A DNA stretch of 6,438 nucleotides. Source: Prasinococcaceae sp. CCMP 1430 (lineage: Eukaryota > Plantae > Prasinodermophyta). Under the pieces are notes generated by a model. That model searched no databases and was not told where the DNA came from. It worked only from the letters and a program-made list of their open reading frames with translations. The stretch covers positions 1-6,438 of the forward strand of contig RQSC01001348.1 of the NCBI GenBank assembly GCA_013416795.1, read 5' to 3'. Of this stretch, positions 1 to 6,438 are shown in pieces; within the stretch, counting starts at the first letter, position 1, and every line of letters starts with the position of its first letter. The position numbers and the translations under genes were made by a program.

Positions 1-65
1 GCGGCCGCCGCGGCGAGCGCCCGGCCGAGGGGGGCCGCCATGGCAGGAGCGAAGCGCGCCGCCAT
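1..65 (-). CDS. Probable 5' start of a gene running off the window (organelle-targeting-like N-terminus)
   Basis: ATG at 65 in GGCGATGG context with a second in-frame GCCATGG at 41. Reads MAARFAPAMAAPLGRALAAAA.. and is preceded by a C-rich leader like those of the other genes. Too short to identify. Confidence 0.4.
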   Translation of the reverse strand, partial: MAARFAPAMAAPLGRALAAAA

Positions 66-418
66 CGCCGCCGGGGGTGGGTGGGCAGGGTCGGCAGAGT
101 GGGCCCCGCAGTCGCGCCACGGCCGCTGGCCCGCACATGCGCTGCCCTCGCCTCAGCGTGGATGTGGATGTTGATGCATTTATTTTCACGTCAAACGATA
201 ACCAGCGGTGGATAATTTCTATGAGACTCTCTGTTGCAAATCTTATGTACACGTGTCACGTGTGCAGTCTAGTACAGCGCTTGCGCGTGCTCACGCTCGC
301 GCATGTGTGTGTGCGCGCTCGCGCGCGCGTGTGTGGGTCCGCACACCTAGAGCATATCCATCACGCACAGAGGTCGCCACGCCGTCGCACGAGCTCAGAC
401 CGCGGCGTCGCCCCTCAG

Positions 419-947
419 CTATGCCGGCTGCTCGCCAACGCCGCCGGCGCTGCCGTCGTCGCCCTGTGCGTCCCGAGGCCACAGCAGCACGATCAATACG
501 CCGACGAGCGCGACGCCCGCGCCGACGTAGTCGCCGGTGCAGAGGCGCATGCCGTCGATCACCGCGCCCCACGCGAACGACAACACTATGAAGAATCCGC
601 CGTACGCGGCGTACACGCGCGCGAACGCGTCCTCCCCCACGACGGACTGCGGCGCGTCGGGAAAGTGGAGGGACGGGACAGGGGGGCGCGTCCGCGGGCG
701 CTCGTGGGGGTCAGCGGCGGGGCGACGCTATCTGCCTGCGCCGAACACGGCGCGTGCATTGACGTACGTCGGGCTGCGCGACCGGCACGAAGCCATAGCC
801 CGCAAGCAGCAGCGCGCCGAGCGCGGCATGCCACGCTGGCGCGCCCGCGCGCAGCGCTTGCCACACGAGCCAACCGCCGCCGACTTCCATCAGGCCAGCC
901 ACCACGAACAGAAGGACGCTCAGCGCGACGTCGCCCAGTGGCGGCAT
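419..947 (-). CDS. YnfA/UPF0060-family (SMR-like) small 4-TM membrane protein, 135 aa, spliced: join of 947-768, 646-419
   Basis: MPPLGDVALSVLLFVVAGLMEVGGGWLVWQALR..LGALLLAGYGFVPVAQPD|SVVGEDAFARVYAAYGGFFIVLSFAWGAVIDGMRL..DYVGAGVALVGVLIVLLWPR..*. Matches YnfA hallmarks AGLxEIGGxWLVW, YGFVPTxQP and FGRVYAAYGG. The 121-nt phase-0 intron runs GTACGT..CAG. The ATG context GCGACGATG is the same as in Lhca3. Confidence 0.9.
647..767 (-). other. Spliceosomal intron in the YnfA-like gene
   Basis: GTACGT donor, CTGAC branch motif (714-710), pyrimidine-rich tail, CAG acceptor. Removing it restores the YnfA reading frame. Confidence 0.88.
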
Positions 948-1300
948 CGTCGCCGCGGAGCTCGCGGCCGTCCGCGCCCCCGCGCGAGCGAGCGGCCTCT
1001 CCAGAGCCAGAGCGAGGACCTCGCTCGCCAGTGTGGACTGCAACAGCCCAATTGGTAGCATTACTCCCGTGCCGGAGCGGGCCGGGAGCGAGCACCAGTG
1101 CCACCGGCGGCAGCCATGGGCCGCGGCGGCGCGAAAGGCGCGTCTGAAGTGCACACGTTCGCGCAGGTATGCGCGCGGCGCGGGCGTCGTCTCCCCCCCG
1201 CAGCGCGGCGACGCGGTGTGGCACCGCCTGTGCGCGCGCGCGCGCGCACGCGCGCCGGCGGGCCGTGAGTACTCAGACAGACCTACTACACTTATGGTAC

Positions 1301-1435
1301 TTAGAAGGCGCCGCCCGGGGTGGCGAACGACGTCAGGATGTTGGCGTGCATCGGGTCCGAAAGGTGGTCAATCAGGTTGGTGACCGGGGTGGTGCCGGTC
1401 ACAGCGGCCTGCACGAACACGCCGAGCATGCCCAT
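1301..1435 (-). CDS. LHCA3: Lhca3 terminal exon
   Basis: (CT)n polypyrimidine tract, then caaAG|ATG GGC ATG CTC GGC. Continues the NGRLAM-xxMLG helix in register, includes NLIDHLSDP, stop TAA at 1303-1301. Confidence 0.92.
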   Translation of the reverse strand: MGMLGVFVQAAVTGTTPVTNLIDHLSDPMHANILTSFATPGGAF

Positions 1436-3166
1436 CTTTGAGAGAGAGAGAGCGAGCATGCGCGCGGAGAGAGCGAGTGCCGCGGAAGAGGGGGTCAGTC
1501 GGCGGGGTCGCGCACACGGGAGCGCGCGTCGCGCGCGCGGGCCCGAGCATGACAGCACGGTCGCCGCCGCCGCGGCGCACTCGTCGCGCGCTTCCGCACC
1601 ATCGCAAGGCGCCCGTTCTTGATCTCCTTGGTCTTCAGGGTCTTCAGCTTCTCCTCGGTCTGGCCCAGCGAAAACATGTTGAACAGCGCGCCACCCGGGT
1701 ACTTGGGGTCGCCGTTCTCGTTGGCGAAGGAGCCCTCCATGCCGATGAACCACTGCTTAGCCTGGCAGCCCGGGTTGTTGTAGTCCTCCCACCTGCGGAA
1801 CTCAGCGAAGCCCATCAAGACCACCTGGCCGAAGAAGAGCGTGTACGGGTCCGCCCAGTAGTCGAAGCCCGCCGAGAGCGGCTCGATCACGCCCGAGGAG
1901 TACCACGGCAGCGCGGTCTCCGCGGGGATCACGCCCCAGCGGCCCAGCAGCTCGGGGGCGGCCACGCCGGCAATGGCGATCATGGCGAAGCGCGCGTGGA
2001 TCAGCTGCGCGCGACGCGCGGGCGAGCGGAGGGGCGTGCGTGCGTGTGCGTGATTTGTGGTGTGGTAAGGGGACATGGCGTCAGCACAAAAGCGAACGCA
2101 TGAGAGCGTCGACACGTGGGCGCGCCGGGGGGGTGCGCGCGCGCACGCTGATCCTGCGCGGACACAAGCTGGCCACCGCGGTTGCGGTTGCGCGGCTGCG
2201 CGGCTGCGCTGCTCGCTGCTTTCTGCCCGCAGCTGGTGGCGCTCGCTCGCGCTTGTGCCGCTTGCAGACCGGCGGAACGCACCTCAGCGTAGGCAATCCA
2301 CTCGGGCGAGATGAAGCCGCCCGCGCCCTCCGGGTCCGACAGGCCCAGCGGGTCGAAGCCGACGTCGCCAGCCAGAGTGCCGTCGAGGTACGACAGGGAC
2401 TGGTCCGAGGCGAACCACAGCGTGTCCTTGGAGCGGTCCACTGCGGGAGCGAGGGAGGGCGGTGGGAGTGGGCGATGCGCGGGCGTCGGGTGCGCGCAGG
2501 CGTCAGCACGCGGCGCTCTGTGGTGGGTGTGCGGTGGGTGCGTGGGTGGATGGGCGGGGCGAGGGCGCAAGGCCGGAGGGGGGGGGGAAGGACGACGGCG
2601 AGGCGCCGCGCAACGCCACCCGCGGCACGTCGCGACCGCTTCGAATGCGCTTCAAATGCGCGCTCGGCGCTCGACGCCACGCCAGAGCGGGACGGGCGCC
2701 ACGGACGCGACGGGGCGGCGAACGGTGGCGAGCCAGGGCGCCTTCCTCCTCGCCGCGGCGGGAGCGCGGCGTCGTGCCCCCGACCCACCCACCCACCCCG
2801 CTCTCGCACGCGCACGCGCACCCCCACGCTCGCGAGCGTGCGCTCNNNNNNNNNNNNNNNNNNNNNNNNNNNNNNNNNNNNNNNNNNNNNNNNNNNNNNN
2901 NNNNNNNNNNNNNNNNNNNNNNNNNNNNNNNNNNNNNNNNNNNNNNNNNNNNNNNNNNNNNNNNNNNNNNNNNNNNNNNNNNNNNNNNNNNNNNNNNNNN
3001 NNNNNNNNNNNNNNNNNNNNNNNNNNNNNNNNNNNNNNNNNNNNNNNNNNNNNNNNNNNNNNNNNNNNNNNNNNNNNNNNNNNNNNNNNNNNNNNNNNNG
3101 CGGCGCCGGCGCGGCGCGCGCGGCGACGCGCACGCCCATCATCGCCGAGCGCATCGCGGACGACAT
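1301..3166 (-). CDS. LHCA3: Photosystem I light-harvesting chlorophyll a/b protein Lhca3, spliced: join of 3166-3100 (into gap), 2440-2283, 2004-1600, 1435-1301
   Basis: Spliced translation: [22 protein letters not shown]..[gap]..(V)[52 protein letters not shown]|[62 protein letters not shown]|[39 protein letters not shown]. It has all three LHC helices (ExxHxR, FAEx[12 protein letters not shown]) and Lhca3-specific motifs. The two fully visible introns have GT..AG ends and matching phase. Confidence 0.95.
1436..1599 (-). other. Lhca3 intron (164 nt)
   Basis: GTGCGG donor, GACTGAC branch motif (1500-1494), (CT)n tract, AAG acceptor. Confidence 0.9.
1600..2004 (-). CDS. LHCA3: Lhca3 internal exon (helix B, helix C, start of helix A)
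   Basis: Acceptor gcgcAG|CTG ATC CAC; donor ATG|GTGCGG (1599). 405 nt, phase 0/0, LIHARFAM...[10 protein letters not shown]. Confidence 0.95.
2005..2282 (-). other. Lhca3 intron (278 nt)
   Basis: GTGCGT donor, GCTGAC branch motif (2085-2080), CAG acceptor. Confidence 0.92.
2283..2440 (-). CDS. LHCA3: Lhca3 internal exon (N-terminal mature domain)
   Basis: Acceptor ..ctcccgcAG (2442-2441); donor GAG|GTGCGT (2282). Encodes [36 protein letters not shown]. Confidence 0.93.
2441..2845 (-). other. Lhca3 intron, visible 3' part (donor presumably in gap)
   Basis: GCTGAC branch motif (2507-2502), C-rich tail, CAG acceptor at 2443-2441. No convincing LHC coding sequence in the interval. Confidence 0.75.
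2846..3099. other. Assembly gap (254 N)
   Basis: Run of N. Probably hides the end of Lhca3 exon 1 and its donor site. Confidence 1.
3100..3166 (-). CDS. LHCA3: Lhca3 exon 1 (plastid transit peptide), truncated by the N gap
   Basis: ATG at 3166 in context [31 protein letters not shown] is Ser/Ala/Arg-rich with no acidic residues, like a transit peptide. The donor site is presumably inside the gap. Confidence 0.8.
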
Positions 3167-3764
3167 CGTCGCGGAGGAAGGGATGGGGGGGGAAGAGAGT
3201 GAGGAGCACGTGTGCTCTGCACGCGCTGTGGCGCCCGCAACGCCCCCGCTCGCAGCCCGCGCTCGCTTTCGCGCGCGGCGGATCGCGCGCGGCGCCCGCA
3301 ACGCGCCGCGCACCGCCCCGCTCTTACATACTCAATGTACATCACACATACCCACAGGCGCCTGCAAGCGCGCGCGCGCGCGACGCGCGCGCGCGCACGC
3401 CTGGCGCGCTGAACCCCAAGTCGAGCCGCGAGCGAGCCTACGATCGATCCAGCCGGTCGGCCGGTTGGTCTGCGGGGCACCCCACCCCGCCGGCCGGCCA
3501 GACCCGGATCCACTTCCCCCCCACCCCCCACCCCGGCGCGACGGGATGCCGCCGACCGAGGAGGGCGGGATTTCGATCCGATTCCTGCCCATTCGATTCG
3601 GAAGCGGAATCAAATTCGATCGAGTCTGCCTGCCAGACTGCTGCGGCGATGCGGGTCCCCTTCCCCCCCAATTTGGTTCGGGCTGGTCGGGTCTTTGGCT
3701 TTTGGCGTTGGCGCTGGCTTTGGCTGGCAGCACCGACAATTTGATGCAAAATTCGACGCGCCGT

Positions 3765-3790
3765 GCGCGCGCGCGCGCGCGCGCGCGCGC
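3765..3790. repeat. (GC)13 microsatellite
   Basis: Perfect alternating GC run read directly. An interrupted (GC)n run also lies at 3368-3396 and a shorter one near 1232-1247. Confidence 0.9.
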
Positions 3791-4021
3791 GTTTCGTGCC
3801 TTTGTGTGTCTGTTGTGCGTGTGGGTGTGTTCGTCGTATGATATGTATGTTCGTGTGTGTGGCGCGGGCGGGCCGGCGGGGCGCGATTTGGCGCGCGGGT
3901 GAGGATCGCGTCGGATGGATAAGGAAAAAAAAAACGGAAGCGCGGCGCGCCGCGCCGAAAAACGGAAATGCGCACGCGCTTTGACCCGACGAAAACGCGC
4001 GGAAGGGATTTCGGGGGGGGG

Positions 4022-4602
4022 GCGCGCGGCGCCACCGCGCGGGCGCGAGCCCGGGGCCGGGGGGCGCATCGCGCGCGCGCACCCGGGTGGACCACCGACG
4101 GACCCGGATGGTCATCCCGCTGTCGCGCCGGTGATCCGGAGGAAGGGGGTGCCGAACCCGGGAAAAGCGATCGGCGCGCCCGGATCGGCACCGGATTTAT
4201 TTTCGGCGCAATTTATTTTGTTTTCGGGACGAAATGTTTTTTTTGGCGCGTCGTGCGTCTCAGTCGGCTGTCACTGCCCATGTGTGCATCGCCGTCGTGT
4301 GCGAGAGATATTTCTCCGAATCTCCAGATCCATGCAATCGAATTGGCCACTGAAATGTGGATGTGTAGGTCTAATCGAAAGTGTGTTGTTCGAATCTACG
4401 GACAAAAGCTCGCGCGAACGCGCCGCACGCGCGAGGCGCGCGCCACTCACCAACCGGCGCGCGCGCCCTCCCTCCGCCCAGCCTGCCATCCGTGCCGCTC
4501 CCCAGGACCTTCCCCCCCCCTCCCCCCCCCTCGCACGCGCACACCGCCGCCAAGTTGCTGATGGCGTCCCTCGCGGCGCGCACGCGCGGGCCGCCCTGCG
4601 CC
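4022..4602 (+). repeat. Direct repeat copy 1 (581 bp visible; ends at gap)
   Basis: Matches 5855-6435 at a constant offset of 1833, including identical homopolymer lengths (T8, C9-T-C9). No mismatch seen by eye. Confidence 0.95.
4561..4602 (+). CDS. Probable start of the plus-strand (coiled-coil) gene, running into the gap; duplicated at 6394-6435
   Basis: ATG GCG TCC CTC GCG GCG CGC.. (MASLAARTRGPPCA) follows a C-rich leader and an AT-richer promoter-like region. The link to the 5362 exon is inferred across the gap. Confidence 0.4.
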
Positions 4603-5361
4603 NNNNNNNNNNNNNNNNNNNNNNNNNNNNNNNNNNNNNNNNNNNNNNNNNNNNNNNNNNNNNNNNNNNNNNNNNNNNNNNNNNNNNNNNNNNNNNNNNN
4701 NNNNNNNNNNNNNNNNNNNNNNNNNNNNNNNNNNNNNNNNNNNNNNNNNNNNNNNNNNNNNNNNNNNNNNNNNNNNNNNNNNNNNNNNNNNNNNNNNNNN
4801 NNNNNNNNNNNNNNNNNNNNNNNNNNNNNNNNNNNNNNNNNNNNNNNNNNNNNNNNNNNNNNNNNNNNNNNNNNNNNNNNNNNNNNNNNNNNNNNNNNNN
4901 NNNNNNNNNNNNNNNNNNNNNNNNNNNNNNNNNNNNNNNNNNNNNNNNNNNNNNNNNNNNNNNNNNNNNNNNNNNNNNNNNNNNNNNNNNNNNNNNNNNN
5001 NNNNNNNNNNNNNNNNNNNNNNNNNNNNNNNNNNNNNNNNNNNNNNNNNNNNNNNNNNNNNNNNNNNNNNNNNNNNNNNNNNNNNNNNNNNNNNNNNNNN
5101 NNNNNNNNNNNNNNNNNNNNNNNNNNNNNNNNNNNNNNNNNNNNNNNNNNNNNNNNNNNNNNNNNNNNNNNNNNNNNNNNNNNNNNNNNNNNNNNNNNNN
5201 NNNNNNNNNNNNNNNNNNNNNNNNNNNNNNNNNNNNNNNNNNNNNNNNNNNNNNNNNNNNNNNNNNNNNNNNNNNNNNNNNNNNNNNNNNNNNNNNNNNN
5301 NNNNNNNNNNNNNNNNNNNNNNNNNNNNNNNNNNNNNNNNNNNNNNNNNNNNNNNNNNNNN
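4603..5361. other. Assembly gap (759 N)
   Basis: Run of N. Confidence 1.
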
Positions 5362-5689
5362 CGCCAAGGCCGCGCGGCCGGGCGACGAGGCGGCGGCGGC
5401 GGGCGACGCGGCGGCAACAGCGCTCCGCGAGGCCGAGGAGGCGCTCGCAGAGATGGCGAGCGTCGGGCATGAGCTTGCGAAGCTCGAGGCGCTCGAGCGC
5501 AGCAACGCCACGGGCGGGGCGCACGAGGCGCTGCGCGAGCGGCTCGAGGCGCTGCAGGTGGAGCTCGACGAGCGCGCCGAGCTGCTGCAGCTCCAGGCCG
5601 AGCAGCTGAGGCAGCAGGCGGACATGCTGCAACACATCGATCAGACCAACGAGACGCTCGAAGGCAAAAACAAGGCACTCCAAGAGGAG
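5362..5689 (+). CDS. Exon of an unidentified coiled-coil protein (5' end in gap)
   Basis: The frame from 5363 reads AKAARPGDEAAAAGDAAATALREAEEALAEMASVGHELAKLEALERS..LRERLEALQVELDERAELLQLQAEQLRQQADMLQHIDQTNETLEGKNKALQEE. It is heptad-like and E/L/Q/A-rich with strong GC3 bias, ends at donor GAG|GTGCGG (5690), and is followed by a CTGAC branch motif at 5776-5780. Confidence 0.75.
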
Positions 5690-5854
5690 GTGCGGCGATC
5701 CCACACGCCACACGCCCGTGCTCACACGCGCACCTCGCCACCCCCACCTCCCCCACCCCTAAATGCGCAACGCGGCTGACCCTCAACCTCGCTTTGGAAA
5801 CGCGCGCGTCTCGTAGAGCAGCGGGACGTCCAGGACGACCACCTGGCGCGCGCA

Positions 5855-6435
5855 GCGCGCGGCGCCACCGCGCGGGCGCGAGCCCGGGGCCGGGGGGCGC
5901 ATCGCGCGCGCGCACCCGGGTGGACCACCGACGGACCCGGATGGTCATCCCGCTGTCGCGCCGGTGATCCGGAGGAAGGGGGTGCCGAACCCGGGAAAAG
6001 CGATCGGCGCGCCCGGATCGGCACCGGATTTATTTTCGGCGCAATTTATTTTGTTTTCGGGACGAAATGTTTTTTTTGGCGCGTCGTGCGTCTCAGTCGG
6101 CTGTCACTGCCCATGTGTGCATCGCCGTCGTGTGCGAGAGATATTTCTCCGAATCTCCAGATCCATGCAATCGAATTGGCCACTGAAATGTGGATGTGTA
6201 GGTCTAATCGAAAGTGTGTTGTTCGAATCTACGGACAAAAGCTCGCGCGAACGCGCCGCACGCGCGAGGCGCGCGCCACTCACCAACCGGCGCGCGCGCC
6301 CTCCCTCCGCCCAGCCTGCCATCCGTGCCGCTCCCCAGGACCTTCCCCCCCCCTCCCCCCCCCTCGCACGCGCACACCGCCGCCAAGTTGCTGATGGCGT
6401 CCCTCGCGGCGCGCACGCGCGGGCCGCCCTGCGCC
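5855..6435 (+). repeat. Direct repeat copy 2 (probably extends past the window end)
   Basis: Identical to 4022-4602. The ORF track shows the same peptides offset by 1833 (stops at 4561/6394 and 4271/6104). Confidence 0.95.
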
Positions 6436-6438
6436 GGC

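Noticed and set aside
77-1224. Long overlapping ORFs (77-1147 +, 537-1058 +, 586-1224 -, etc.)
   Set aside because: Arg/Ala/Pro-rich shadow frames of the GC-rich YnfA-like gene with no family motifs.
1266-1275. Palindrome TGAGTACTCA in the Lhca3 3' region
   Set aside because: A single 10-bp palindrome is expected by chance in a window of this size.
2720-2780. Possible extra Lhca3 mini-exon (RRGEEEGAL)
   Set aside because: No credible branch point or acceptor upstream; better explained as intron sequence.
3332-4191. Minus-strand ORFs 3332-4069, 3438-4115 and 3610-4191
   Set aside because: They run through microsatellites and homopolymers, lack the codon bias of the real exons, and contain no recognisable domain.
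4340-4407. tRNA-like element: B-box GTTCGAATC at 4388-4396 with a 4/5 T-stem (also present in the repeat copy)
   Set aside because: I could not build a convincing acceptor stem, D-arm/A-box or anticodon arm. tRNAscan-SE would settle it.
2040-5948. 400-620 aa ORFs spanning X runs
   Set aside because: They are long only because N gaps contain no stop codons; the flanking translations are low-complexity.
4022-6435. LTR retrotransposon interpretation of the direct repeat
   Set aside because: No TG..CA termini, PBS/PPT or gag/pol similarity visible; the interior looks like an ordinary spliced gene. The gap leaves some uncertainty.

Overview
GC- and CpG-rich eukaryotic nuclear DNA from a green alga (probably a prasinophyte-grade or other early-diverging green lineage; inference), with two N gaps (2846-3099, 4603-5361). 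The minus strand carries tightly packed genes. The first is a spliced photosystem I antenna gene, Lhca3 (ATG 3166; exons <=3100-3166, 2283-2440, 1600-2004, 1301-1435). The second is a two-exon YnfA/UPF0060-family small membrane protein (768-947, 419-646). A probable third gene starts at 65 and runs off the left edge. The plus strand carries a divergent gene fragment (probable ATG 4561; coiled-coil exon 5362-5689). A 581-bp block (4022-4602) is repeated, apparently identically, at 5855-6435; it may be an assembly artefact or a very recent duplication. Most long ORFs in the track are GC-rich shadow frames or gap read-throughs. I see no clear novel multi-gene system. The best leads are the intron-containing, bacterial-type YnfA gene packed behind Lhca3, the mosaic His-type Lhca3, the distant CTGAC branch points and the duplication.
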